From positions 78,430,001 through 78,494,000 of the forward strand of contig NC_043001.1 in assembly GCF_006345805.1 (NCBI RefSeq): 64,000 nucleotides of DNA. Direction: 5' to 3'. The notes under the pieces are model-generated. The model was not told where the DNA came from and searched no databases. It saw nothing but the letters and a program-made list of their open reading frames with translations. Shown piece after piece: positions 12,918 to 26,007 of the stretch. The stretch comes from Octopus sinensis (Eukaryota). Numbering within the stretch: the first letter of the stretch is position 1; every line of letters starts with the position of its first letter. Both the position numbers and the translations under genes were made by a program.

Positions 12918-13215
12918 CTTGAAGATCTCCTAATCCAGGATGAATGTTGGGTTCATCATTCTGAGTCAGACAAAATGATCCACGCAGTGCAAACACCCCC
13001 TCCTCACTGATCTGCTTCAAAGAAAGCCGAGTTTGTTTCAACTGCTGGGAAGATGATCGCCTCAGTTTTGGGGAAAAGGGCCAAGCCATGAATGGAGAGT
13101 ACTATGCCAACTTGCTGAGATAGTTGCAAATGGCTATCCAGATCAAACGCCCAGAAAAAAACAGACGAATGAAATCTTGCTTAAACTGGACAATGCTCCA
13201 GGACGCAAGACCGCA
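12918..13215 (+). mobile_element. Old mariner transposase remnant (catalytic core)
   Basis: Frameshifted translation LLIQDECWVHH...STAGKMIASV...GEYYANLLR*LQMAIQIKRP...LKLDNAP. Confidence 0.7.
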
Positions 13216-13804
13216 GGAGGGACTTTGTTGAAAGATAAACTTCCTTTGGTCATATTTTATAAGAGTATCTTGTTCAACCCATATACTTTTGTCGACCCTG
13301 GCGTATTCTACTAATATATTGTACAACTCATTATAAATGAATGCATATTCTACACGTAGGATTTTCATATTCAGAACTTCTAAGTAGTATTCAAAGTAGT
13401 GAAAATATTGAAAGTGAATGGTAATAAATTTTATCAAAACAGTTCATTTCTGCCAAAAGGGCAATTTGATTGTCAAAGAATACTTGTGGGAATCACTGAG
13501 TTAGGTTTGTGACACTGATTAAGTACGTATTTGCATAGGGAGATACATTAATACCAATAATAGGTTATAAATTATTAACAAATTAGTCATATAGTTGGAA
13601 GAGGTGACGATGGAAGAGGTGACGATGGAAGAGGATAAGGAGAAAAATAAAAATGAAAGATAAGTAACTCAGTGATAATATAAATCGATAGAAAGATAGA
13701 AACGTTGAAGATGATGATAATTATGATGAAGGTAATAAAACAAACATAAAATTTAAACTGAAAATAGTCAGATAAATTGATGAGGCACCCACGAGGGATA
13801 TATA

Positions 13805-13856
<52 letters not shown>

Positions 13857-13901
13857 GTGTGGTGTGTTGTGTGTGTGCCTGTGTGTGGTGTGTGTGTGTG
13901 T

Positions 13902-13950
<49 letters not shown>

Positions 13951-14139
13951 GTATGTCAGTGTATGTGTGTGTGATTATGTCTGTGTACGCTTCTGTGTAT
14001 GTACACAAAATCACACGTATAGAGACATACACAACATGGTAAGCGTACTTATATATATGTATGTATGTATGTATAAAAAGATGATCATATTTGGAAATCA
14101 TTGTGGATAGTTTAACCGAGTTAATATAAACCGTAATGA

Positions 14140-14450
14140 AGATGATGACCTGGCAGAATCTTTAGCACACCGGGCAAAATGCTTATGAGATCAAAATCTT
14201 CGGTTCACCTTTACATTTCATCCTTCCAGGATCAATAAAATATTTACTAGTTGATCACTAGGGTAAATATTATCGACCTACCTCCAAAGAAATTGCTGGC
14301 CTTGTGCCAAAATTTGAAACTATATTAACCGTAAATAATGCGATACGCTGGTAGAATGGTTAGCAAACGGGAGAAAAGATGCAGCGGCATTTCGCTCGTT
14401 TTTAAGCTCTGAGTTCAAGTTTTGCTGAGTTCAATTTGGTCTTATGACTC
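14140..14450 (+). mobile_element. Two degenerate family-D SINE fragments
   Basis: CTGGCAGAATC-TTAGCACACCGGGCAAAATGC...TTTCATCCTT...TTGTGCCAAAATTTGAAAC, followed by CTGGTAGAATGGTTAGC...GAGTTCAAG. Confidence 0.6.
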
Positions 14451-14454
14451 GGAT

Positions 14455-15520
14455 GCCATACATTTGGTTTTGCATAAGGTATTGTTTCTAGAGAAGGTTT
14501 AAGAAAACATAAAATATTTATAAGTTTACGTTAAAATTTGGGATTACATAGTATTTTACGAAGGATATGGGCAGTTCCCATGAGAACTATTTTTTTAATT
14601 TCTGCCAATATTGAATTTTCTGGGATCTGAGCTAGGTAGGAATCAACCGCTTTTGATCTTATTCCTATGACACTTATGTCAACAGGTATTGTTTTAGTCT
14701 TGAGGTTTCACATTTTGCCAATTTCTGTTTCAAGATATTTATACTTGCTCAGTATTTGGTAAGTCTTAACAGATACATTTATGTCGATTGGGACAGTCAT
14801 ATCGATGAGGAGGCATGAATTTTGTCTCAACTCCTTTAATATAACTATTCGCACATCTGTCAGTTTGAAAGGTGAAGTTCCAGAGGAGTGAGATGTGGTC
14901 ATTTTCAAGCACTAGAGGTGGTCTGTGTTCCCACCAGTTCTTTTCACGGGGCAGGTCCAAGTTTTTGCAAATTATCCAGTGAGTATACTGTGCTGCTCTA
15001 TCATGCATGTTGAGATACTCTGTAGGTGCAAGAAAACTGCACATGGAGTCAACATGATCGATGGTTTCATTTTGATGTTTACATAAATGACATGTTAAAC
15101 TGCTGCCGTTCTTTAATATATTGGTCTGGTAGCTTCTTGTAGGTAGAGATTGATCTTGGGCTCCTGTGATAAACCCTTCTATCTCTGATGATGTTAAGCC
15201 AGGAGACACTAATCATTGATGGGTAAGGGCTTTGTCAACTTCAGCATTATTAGCTCTCTTTGGGTATTTGCAAATTGAGATTTTCTTGCCGTTTATCAAC
15301 AACTTTAGCACGGGTTTTCACACGTTTGACTTTTTTCTGTGCTTGTTTCCAGTACGTCTGATTCTGTGAATTGTAGTATTTGAAATTCACTTAGATATTT
15401 CTTTGCCTACTTTTTTTTTTACTGAATATGATGTTTTCTTGTTTTAACACCCAACCATCAGAGGTTTTCAGGTAGGTGTTTAAGCCAATTGAGTAAATTT
15501 TCATTGTTAATTCCAGACAT
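14455..15520 (-). mobile_element. 5'-truncated R4/Dong-clade non-LTR retrotransposon (CCHC + REL endonuclease)
   Basis: ORFs 14766-15209 (EGFITGAQDQSLPTR...CHLC...ETIDHVDSMC...HDR) and 14708-14908 (CLLIDMTVP...SKYK). The 5' junction abuts (AAT)n/(AAG)n at 15523-15605. Confidence 0.9.
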
Positions 15521-15530
15521 TCTTCTTCTT

Positions 15531-15595
<65 letters not shown>

Positions 15596-16212
15596 CATTA
15601 TTATTCATATGCGGCTATTTTATTCCTAAAAATGCGTAGTAAATGCAGGGCAAATGTATCTTTATGATATGCGCCATAGTGTTTAAACACTACGCATGCA
15701 TAACATAATATATAATATCGTACACAATTAAAATCTACAGTCACAAGATTTATCGTAGTCTACGATCAAAACCTGAAGTAAGCTATCATCATTAAGTGCT
15801 ATGAGATGAACACAAATTAGATCGTGATCATTACAAATGATGAAACCAATTGATTGAGATTTTCGAAACGATAAATATTAAGATTGATTAAGAAACTATT
15901 GAACCGTCTAATTAAATTAAATATTAGTTATTATGCAGACGCAATCAAGGCTTGAATAAAATTACCTGCAAGTTATGAAAACTGGTTTGAAATATATCAG
16001 ATCAAAGTTAATTATTTTCTGCTGCTTTTCTTTTTTATTTTCCGATCAACAATTTTCACTTTATGCATAATATACTTCAATACGCACGCACTCCCGTGCA
16101 CGTATATGTGCACATACATACATGAAAACATACACACACATACATATACACATCCATACATATCTATATCAATCTATGTCTCTCTGTCTCTCTGTCTCTC
16201 TCTCTCTCATTT

Positions 16213-16303
<91 letters not shown>

Positions 16304-16304
<1 letters not shown>

Positions 16305-16577
16305 GTCGCTCTTTACAAGCCTAGCCAGGATCATGGGCTCGGTTTCTCGGATTCTTTGGCGTATGTGCTCCGCACAGCTGGACGGGACGCCAGTCCATCG
16401 CAGCATTACTCAAGAAACAGGAAGAGAGAGTGAGAGAAAGTCGTGGTGAAAGAGTACAACAAGAGCCCCTTCCCTGCCGGGGCCTTGTGGAGCTTTTAAG
16501 TGTTTACGCTCAATAAACACACAGCGCCCGGTCTGGGAATCGAAACCGCGAGTCCGCTGCCCTGGCCACTGGGTCAT
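16304..16577 (-). mobile_element. Chimeric SINE: family-C head with family-B tail
   Basis: Minus strand reads ATGACCCAGTGGCCAGGGGCAGCGGACTCGCGGTTTCGATTCCC..., then GCTGCGATGGACTGGCGTCCCGTCCAG...CCTGGCTAGGCTT. Confidence 0.8.
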
Positions 16578-16581
16578 TGCG

Positions 16582-16618
<37 letters not shown>

Positions 16619-16630
16619 TATATATATATA

Positions 16631-16745
16631 TCACGTGATCACGTCACCAACCAGTCCATCAGATGTAATTACACATCGCTGGTCACAATACGTTCGCATT
16701 ATTTTAGCCTTCGAATGACGCCACCCCGCTGGCTAAGCGAGCAGG

Positions 16746-16749
<4 letters not shown>
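16631..16749 (-). mobile_element. Isolated 3' module of family-C SINE
   Basis: TTGGCCTGCTCGCTTAGCCAGCGGGGTGGCGTCATTCGAAGGCTAAAA...CACGTGATCACGTGA; the same module is at 42255-42345 and 63201-63318. Confidence 0.75.
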
Positions 16750-16784
<35 letters not shown>

Positions 16785-16790
16785 TATACC

Positions 16791-17530
16791 CGAGGTTTGA
16801 TCAATAAGTGTCCGGACCGATGCTATAAAAGCATTACTACAACACGTACCAATTTGGCATTTGTTTTCCTTCAAAGTAGTCCCACTCGGAAGCCACACAC
16901 TTTATCCAGCGCTGTTTGCATTGAGGGAAACATTTCTCGAACTCGTTTTCTGAGGCAACCACCAGCTGCCTCGTCGCATTCAATTTGATTGCCTCAACAT
17001 CCTGAAATCTCCTTCCTTTCGAGCGACATTTGATTTTAGGAACGAAGAAAAAGATGCAAGGAGCGAGATCTGGGAAATACGGTGGCAGTCGGACCTGGAG
17101 AATGCTGTACCGAATGCTGGAGAATGGACAAGCTGGCCTGAATGAGCAGGTGCGCTGTCAGCTGAAAGCATTTTTGGTACAAATTTGGCTGACACGCGTC
17201 TTATACACAAATCTTCAGGGATAATAATCTGAACTGAATCGTAACTAATCTGCACATCACCTGATAACTCACGGAAGTTTATTCGACGATTTCCCTCACA
17301 GCTGTACGCAAATCTAAGATGTTTTTCTCAATTCTGTTGGTCGCGGGTCTCCCAGAACGTTTGTCACTACCGACATTTTTTGGGCTCATACCCTCTTCCC
17401 AATACACTTTCTGCAATTTTGCCTAGGTCCGACCAGGTATCGCTAAGCTTTTGTCAACATGCGATGCAGATTCATGGTCAATGCGACGATCACACGATAC
17501 GCACGTTTCTTCCAAGAACTGTTGCATACA
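16791..17530 (-). mobile_element. Internally deleted mariner of a second subfamily
   Basis: TIR-like CGAGGTTTGATCAATAAGTGTCCGGAC at 16791. Translation EDLCIRRVSAKFVPKMLS is joined directly to DSAPAHS and a degenerate C-terminus. The far end is approximate. Confidence 0.7.
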
Positions 17531-17774
17531 GTGCGCAAAATACTTAACACTTAGTGCGCATGCACAGCAGAAGTCATGGTCAATCCGTGCCTAATGGCTT
17601 TACGCTGCATGCTTTAGATTGATAACTGTGGCAACAGACCAGAGATGTGTGTTTATGTATATATATATATATATATATACAAAATAATATATATATATAT
17701 ATATTATATTATATATAATATATATATATATATATATAATATATATATATATATATGCCACATACATGACGCGC

Positions 17775-17905
17775 ATTTTACAGTTTCCGCCTACGGAATC
17801 CACATACACCGCTTTAGTTCGTCCGAGGTTATCGTATTTGTGAAACTGAACCTTGGACAATGCGGTTGAGAAGCAAGCTTCTTGCCCACACAGCCACGCC
17901 TTAGA
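17775..17905 (-). mobile_element. Degenerate SINE family A, 5' part
   Basis: CAGTTTCCGCCTAC...CCGAGGTTAT...AAGCAAGCTTCTTGCCCACACAGCCAC matches the reverse complement of the family A head. Confidence 0.6.
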
Positions 17906-18019
17906 CTATTGTATGCATGTGTCTGAATACGTGCATGTGCATGGTCATATACCAAAGGTAGTTGCATCGCACCAATTAATCTCATTTTATATAAATTTCT
18001 TCTACCGCAAGATGGCATA

Positions 18020-18079
<60 letters not shown>

Positions 18080-18080
18080 G

Positions 18081-18126
<46 letters not shown>

Positions 18127-18166
18127 TAGATAGATAGAGAAGATAGATAGATAGATAGATAGATAG

Positions 18167-18199
<33 letters not shown>

Positions 18200-18988
18200 G
18201 TATACATGAAGTAACACACTAAGGAAAGGAATTCCTTCAAAGGGGTGTGTAAAACATCCAATTCATTGGTACGTCAGTTGAATACCACATAAATATGGGT
18301 GCAATGCTAATTATAAATAATAAATTATTGTGAGAGATTCAATTGACAATCCAAAAATTTATTCACATTATAATGTAACATAACATACTATGAATATAAT
18401 AGAAGATAACATAAAAAATCCTTTAAAAAAATCAAAAGCGCCAACAATGTGTTACGACTTATATACATTATTTGATTTACAAACAATTCAATTCATTTAT
18501 AGAAGTCTGATCAACTGTATGGTTTACAGATAGATGAAATTCCGTGTGAAAGGATGGCTGGATTATGATTAAAAAAAGAATTAATATGCCTATGCATTTT
18601 GAGCGTGTGCTTTTCAACTATGTAACAACTACAATTAAACAAAACAACAAAATTATAAAGGACAAAATAATTAAGTAATCTACAGCTATCGAAATATATT
18701 TCGATATATCTCAAATAATATTATTCCAATGTTGGTTAGCTCGAAGACAATATTTGTCTATTATAATAATATACAACAACAATATATCGGTATATAAATT
18801 AGGATTCAGGGTCTTACTTAATCTAGAGACTGTAATAAAACGTGTAAATAAATATGAATGATAATATGCTATCATACTGGTAATATACATCAACTCAACT
18901 CTTTATTTAAAGTTATTGATATAAGAAAATTGTGCTTTATTTACAAATTTTATATCTGTCTGTCGCTCAACTATTTATCTTTCTCTCC

Positions 18989-19076
<88 letters not shown>

Positions 19077-19189
19077 ATCTATCTGTCTGTCTATCTGTCT
19101 ATCTATCTTAGCCACACAGGGCTGCACACAGATTTGTTCTATCTGTGTGCAGCCCTGTGTGGCTAATAAAGAAACATATATATCTATCT

Positions 19190-19225
<36 letters not shown>

Positions 19226-19288
19226 CCTGTCCTTCTATTTCTCCATCTATCTATTATACATATGTATATATGCATATATATATATATA

Positions 19289-19333
<45 letters not shown>

Positions 19334-19630
19334 CTAGCAGTATCGCCCGGCGTGTGTTCGGGTTTGTAAGGAAAATAACTATATAAGCATTTTTAGAGAG
19401 TTACTTCCCTTATATAATAGCGAAAAAATGCATTAAAATGGAAAAAATGATGGTAATTTTTTTTTAAAATCGTAGACTCATCGTAGACGCGCGCTAATGC
19501 CCAGAAGGGCTCGATATGAATCCCGGCTATAAGATATCCAGTTTTGGTTAAACTGCACCGCCAAATGTGGGAGTAGTTAGGAATCTAAATCGTAGGAGAC
19601 AGACACACATATTCACTTTTATTATAAAGA
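19334..19630 (-). mobile_element. Complete non-autonomous Helitron
   Basis: Minus strand has 5' A|TCTTTATAATAAAAG and 3' hairpin CCCGAACACACGCCGGG, then CGATACTG-CTAG|T: A/T target, no TSD. Confidence 0.85.
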
Positions 19631-19717
19631 TATTGTTTTATTTCGGAATGGTCCTTTTGCCAGTTTAGCCAATATATATATATTAATATATATATATATA
19701 ATATATATATATAGATG

Positions 19718-19781
<64 letters not shown>

Positions 19782-20969
19782 TACATACATGCATGCATGC
19801 ATTCATATATATAATAGATAGATATTGATATAGACAGTTAGAGAGATAGATTTGTGCGAGTGTTAGTGTGTTTGTGTGCATGTCGCGTATTGAGGAACCA
19901 TATTATATTTGCTAAGACTATTTAGCGATATTCTGAATGTCTCCTATGAACATTTAATGACTTAGACATAGATACAGGTAGATTGATAGAAAATTCGAAA
20001 TGAAAACTAGCGTATGCTGTTACATAAGATTTGAACAGCGAGAAATGTAAGAGGTGGGAATTGAAGCGGCTTTTGGAAAGCAAGGTAGACATTGCAGATG
20101 TAGAAACCAAAAGCATAAACTGAGAGACACAACACAAGAGAGGGTGACAGTGGGAAAAAACAGAGGGTGAAAGGGGAGAAAGAGAGAGGAGAAGAGAGAA
20201 AAGGAGTGACAGGTAGGGTGGGAGAGAGGGAGAAAGAGAGACAGAGAGAAACAATACAAATTCCAACTGACATGCAGAAGGAGCCGGCATAAAACAGTGT
20301 GTCATTGAAATTTGCAACATTTTTTAAATGGCGGCTCTTAAGTTATTTCATATAATAAAAGACTTGAGAAATGAAAATTGTTTATGTGAGCAATATTGTA
20401 AAGGCTAAGCCTCTTAATTTAATTTCTTTCAATATTTAAATCTTTTATTTTTAGTCATGATTCAATATTTTATTATACTTATTATAGATATGGCAGTTTT
20501 ATGTCGAAATACCAGTAGAAGGTGTGGAAAAAATTTAAATTGATATACAAAATAAGGAGTTATTGTTATGCGACTCTCTCTCTCTCTCTCTCACTTGCTC
20601 TTTCTTTCTCTCGCACTCGCTCTTCTTCCTTCTCAATCTGTCTAGCAATATGTCATTTTATGTATTCCCTCTCTTTCTCTCTATCGTTCTCTCGCTCATC
20701 CTCTCTGTATCTCGAAATATATATATATATATATATATGTATATAAATAAATATAAATATATATATGTATGTATGTGTGTGTGCGTGTGTGCGTATGTGT
20801 GTGCGCGTGTGTTCGTGTCTGTGTGTCTGTGCATGTGCGTTTGTGTGAGCATGTATATATATATATGTGTGTGTGTGTATATATGTATATACATATACAC
20901 ATATATGTGTGTATATATATATGTATATGTGGATATATATGTGTATATATGTACATATATATATATATA

Positions 20970-21243
20970 CAATTGCAGCGTGGAAGGTGTTTGTAAGCCA
21001 TTTAAGAAACACACAAAAGCCGTTCAATTCACTTCAACATTTAAGTTTAATTTGTCAAAATATTTTCGTCGCTAAAATCCGCGACCTCTTCACTGACAAA
21101 AATCCGCACGGATTTTTGTCAGTGATTGTCGCGGATTTTAGCGACGAAAATATTTTGACAAATTAAACTTAAATGTTGAAGTGAATTGAACGGCTTTTGT
21201 GTGTTTCTTAAATGGCTTACAAACACCTTCCACGCTGCAATTG
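20970..21243. mobile_element. 274-bp near-perfect palindromic element (hammerhead-bearing, probably Penelope-like derived)
   Basis: CAATTGCAGCGTGGAAGG...CCTTCCACGCTGCAATTG. The arms are exact reverse complements except one internal loop (CTCT vs TT), with a 2-nt apical loop at 21107-08. A relative lies at 62281-62469. Confidence 0.85.
21051..21100 (-). ncRNA. Minimal type-I hammerhead-like motif, variant core GUGAAGA
   Basis: UUUGUCA-GUGAAGA-G-GUCGC[GGAUUUUA]GCGAC-GAA-AAUAUU-U-UGACAAA: 7-bp stem I, 5-bp stem II, self-complementary stem III. Confidence 0.55.
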
Positions 21244-21442
21244 TTTTCGTTTCAGCACACGATCTCAGATCAAATCACTTGCTATGCGAGTACATCTCCA
21301 ATATCTATATATATATATATGTATACAAGTAAGAATATATGTATGCATATATCTATATATATATATGTTTGTATGTATGTACGTATCTATCTGTTTATAT
21401 AATAATATATATATATATACGAGTGTGTGTGTATGTATGTAA

Positions 21443-21482
<40 letters not shown>

Positions 21483-21485
<3 letters not shown>

Positions 21486-22534
21486 GGTGCGTAGCCTAGT
21501 GGTGTGGCTTATTACGCGTAAGATTGTTAGATCGCTCGCTGAGAGCATGGAAGTTGAACAGAAAAAGCTCTTCAAATACTCACTGAAAAGCACTTGTGAA
21601 ATGGAAGTACAAAACCATGCTGATTGGCGAAGCTGCACCAACGGAGATGCCACCTGTTACGAGTGGAAGATTATTACAATATCTATAACTGCATCTCCCT
21701 GCAATCCTGTAGCTGTCTCTCACACTTGGCGCGCTTCAATTCGTAGCCCAGAACACATTATTTTTCCCGCGGAAAAGTGTTCAATCAGGATAATTTTCTT
21801 GGACTTTTCAGACGAACAGAACCACATCTGGCCTCAGGGTGTTATGGATGACCTGGGGAAACGGCAGTCTCTCCCCAGATCCACTTTCATATCCCATGAT
21901 TGAGATTCATGCAGCAGGCTATGTGTCCCTTTTGTTCTCCTTGACTGCCTCTCTTCTTGTTTCATGAACTTAATTGCCACCGCTGTTTTCCACTGATGGT
22001 GATGATGTTTCTTGAGTCTTTCATACTCCAGAGCGTAAGTGAGTGTTGCATGCACCCTATCATGGCGCCACTTATGTCTTCATTGAGAAAGGGCAATTCT
22101 GCACCTTGAAATGATGTGTGCCAGCATACATATTTCAACACAAAATCTACACAGCTGGTCTTCCCTGAAACGCCATCTATGCAAGTTTGTTCGTGTTGGG
22201 AGTTTTTTTTCATACGTCACCCGTAGCAGAAAGAAGATGTGAAATGATTCCAGTCTCCACAGGTCTGCCTATGTGACCTTCCTTTTCAGGACAGATACCA
22301 GCTCCACAGCTTTGATGTTCTTTCTTCCTTCTGGCTCCACACTTCTGTCTGGATCATGGGACTCCTCTCCCTGAAGCCCACCTTCTGCCATTGTCTGAAG
22401 TGGAAGGAACCGTGACGTTAGCAGCATCTGCTTGTAATTTCAGTGATATCGCGTAGCTTCCGCAAGCCTTCAGCCTGAACGACTGTAGAGTTAGCTATCC
22501 ACTTTCCACCAGACCTTGTAATACTTGCATGTCT
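21483..22534 (-). mobile_element. 5'-truncated HERO/NeSL-like non-LTR retrotransposon (CCHC + REL)
   Basis: Frameshifted translation DQLCRFCVEICMLAHIISRCRIALSQ*RHKWRHDRV...SWDMKVDLG...HNTLRPDVVL...SKKIILIE. Confidence 0.85.
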
Positions 22535-22714
22535 GACATGCAAGTATTACTCCCAACTCTCCCAACACCAACAAACTTGCATAGATGGCGTTTCAGGGAA
22601 GACCAGCTGTGTAGATTTTATGTTGAAAGATGTATGCTGGCACACATCATTTCAGGGTGCAGAATTGCCCTTTCTCAAGGAAGATATGTGGCGCCATGAT
22701 AGGGTGCATGCAAC
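22535..22714 (+). repeat. Inverted duplication of part of the HERO-like element
   Basis: 22559-22714 is a ~95% reverse complement of 22045-22202. A perfect 16-bp hairpin (22518-22550) sits at the junction. Confidence 0.9.
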
Positions 22715-23219
22715 AAACTGATCCTGCGAATCTCTGTAATTCATTACCACATTACATTTTGCGAGTTCGAATTCCTCCACTACGGGTGACAGTTGTAGCT
22801 GTTCAGATCCTACGTAGCGGCCTAATGAAATGAAGCTTGGTGTGGACACCTAATTACCTTCAGAGGTATTTCTTTATCTTCCTCTCCACCATTTCCACGC
22901 TTGTTATTGGAGTTTCATATGGTGCCAATAACCATATTAGTCCGTGTCGGTAAAGCTATGCCTTGTATTTTCATAGAAGGCCTGATATTTCAATCCTACT
23001 CAGCTACTCCTCTGCTTGCTACTCCGTATTGGGGACATTGCTATTATTCGAGAGTGAATTCAAACCTAGCTCCAAGGCATTTCTTCTAATTTTCTTCAAC
23101 AGATGGGAAAGCCTCTCCGTCCACTTGCAGCTTAATTTTGTTTGTTATTTTACCTCTACTGACCACCAATAATACTACTACATTTTGGGGGCTTAAACTT
23201 CATTCTAGCCCATGCTGGT

Positions 23220-23465
23220 GGAGGCGCGTGACTTAGTGGTTAGGGTGTCAGCATCATGATCGTAAGATTGTGGTTTCGATTCATGGACTGGGCGACGGGT
23301 TGTGTTCTTGAGCAAAACACTTCCTTTCGCGTTGCTCCAGTCCACTCAGCTGGCAAAAATGAGTAACGCTGCCATGGACTGGCGTCCCATCGAGCTGGGG
23401 AACACATACGCCATTGAAACCAGGAAACCGGGCCCATGAGCCTGACTAAGCTTTAAAAGGGCGCA
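23220..23465 (+). mobile_element. SINE family B
   Basis: Full-length homolog of 6565-6815. Confidence 0.85.
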
Positions 23466-24455
23466 TTTTTTATTATTTTTTTTATATGCCATATGATCCA
23501 CTGAAGCCCGCTCCCTTTCTCCATCCGCACGGGTTGTAGTTGTCACCGTGGGACCATTCAGGAAGCACCTTATCGGACGTTGAGGCATGCGTAATTCCCT
23601 TGTTAGGTCTTGGGCTTGCTTATCAGTAGCAGGTATGACGAGAATTATGCCCCAAATGAAAGGGATCAGTGAAATTGTGCAGTCAGTTATAATTTTTTTC
23701 TCCAGATCTTGCCACCAAGTTCTAAAGTGTGCTGTTTAGATGCGTAACTGGATCTCTCCTTATTAGCAGGTAATTATTTCCTTAATAAGCGTAAAATACA
23801 TATATGCATGCATGCATACCTACGCATATACAGATATGTGTACGTGTGTACGAGTGTATGTGTGTGTATATATGTATATGTATTTCAGTGGATACACGAA
23901 TGTAAGGAGAAACTGAGACACGTTAGTGTGACTTCTGAATGTATATATATATATACCTAAATAAGTGTAAGGTTTATACATATATATTTCTACGTATATA
24001 TAACCTACCTATTTTTATGCACATATACCAGTAATGGATATGATCAGTTTTAGACATTTTAAATGTTTCTCTCCTGGAAGGATCAATTTAGAGGAAGCAA
24101 TTGTGAAGTCATCGCGTCTAGTAAAACATTATCCAAGCCGATATTGCTTTCTGAAATGCATTTCTAACAAGCGAAAATATACACTCATATATACATACAT
24201 ATATACATACATACATACATACATACATACATACATACATACATGCATACATAAATACATATATACAAACATACATACATACATACACACACACATACAT
24301 ACATGTATGTGTATGAGTGTTTGTGTGTGTGTGTTTGTGTATATATATATATGTGTGTATATATATGTATATATATGTCATGTTTATGAATACATACACA
24401 CACACATACAAACAAGTATATATGCATTCATGTGTGTGGAAGAGTGTATGTATGC

Positions 24456-24500
<45 letters not shown>

Positions 24501-24985
24501 GGCATATACACATTCACACACCTCACACATGAACATTTTAAAAATAATATTTTCATTTTCGCCATTTTGATTTTATAACAAGCCAAAAAAATTAAACAAT
24601 CGACTTTTTATAACATTAAGGAACAGTTATATTTCATATTTATAGAAAAATTAATTTAATAAACATAAATTAAAAAAGGCTTCCTATTTGACAGCACACG
24701 CAAATCTTACATGCACGTGAATACAAATAAATATATGTGAGTATGTGTGTGCATGTATGTGCGTGTGTGCGCGCGTGTGTCTATAGTTAGTAAGGTAGAA
24801 GCGGTGGTAACACAGAGGTAAAAATATAAGGTCGTCATTACTATAAATCAAACTGCAGTGTGTGTTTGTAAGCTTATGTAAAAGGGAATTTACATATTTA
24901 TATAATATATCGTTTCAGATTATTACACGCGTACACACAAAAAAATTATCATGCCCACCACACACACACATGAACATACGCCTCT

Positions 24986-25024
<39 letters not shown>

Positions 25025-25264
25025 TAGACACACTAGCACACACATATGTATATACATACATATGTATATATATATATATGTATGTATGTCTTTTATATAT
25101 ACACATATGTATAGATGTATGCACTATACTTAATTATATCTTTATAGATTTTTACATGCCTATACAATAGATTATATATAATATATATATATTATATATA
25201 TATCTATATATATAGATAGATAGATAGATATCTAGATAGATAGATAATAATAGATGGATATATA

Positions 25265-25297
<33 letters not shown>

Positions 25298-25976
25298 ATA
25301 CGTATCTATATTTATACACCATGCATATTTACATAAACATAGCTAGGTAGATAGATAGAATAATTGATAGATAGATAGACAGAGAGAATGAGAGGGAGAG
25401 GAGAAAAGAAAATAAAGAAAGTGCCTTGAAGGGAGGTAGAAAACAAGAAAAGATTAATATATGGAAAAAGATTTGGGAGAGAAACCTTGAAGATAAAGGA
25501 TGTGAGACAGATATAAAGGAGTGAAATACTTCAAGAATCCCGGGAAACCAAAGAAAAAAAAAGAAAAAAAGAAGAAAACACAAAGAAGCATACAGGCCAC
25601 ACCCAAACATAAACCTAAGCAAATATGATAACATGAATAAATAACCCAGCTATGGCAAGACTGAAATGATTGCGCACAAAATATCTCACAACACATCAAA
25701 AATCATACAGTGCATACTAATTTTCTTGCCGTGTACAGAGTAATATTTATTTCGCAAGGCGCCATAAATTTAACTGCAGTTTAAAATATTGCTGCAGCGA
25801 TAAATTTTCTTCCTTCAAATGCAAGAGGCATTGCACGTAAGAATGAATTAATATTGCACTTGGTTTAGTTATGACATGACCTGTTGTTACAGTCATTAGT
25901 GATTAAGGGACCGATACACTGAGGTACAAGAATGCAAAATACATGTCATATATAGATGCTAATTTCTTTTATTTGC

Positions 25977-26007
<31 letters not shown>

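Noticed and set aside
13600-13640. 15-bp tandem GAAGAGGTGACGATG x2.5
   Set aside because: Simple local slippage duplication; not a CRISPR-like or structured repeat.
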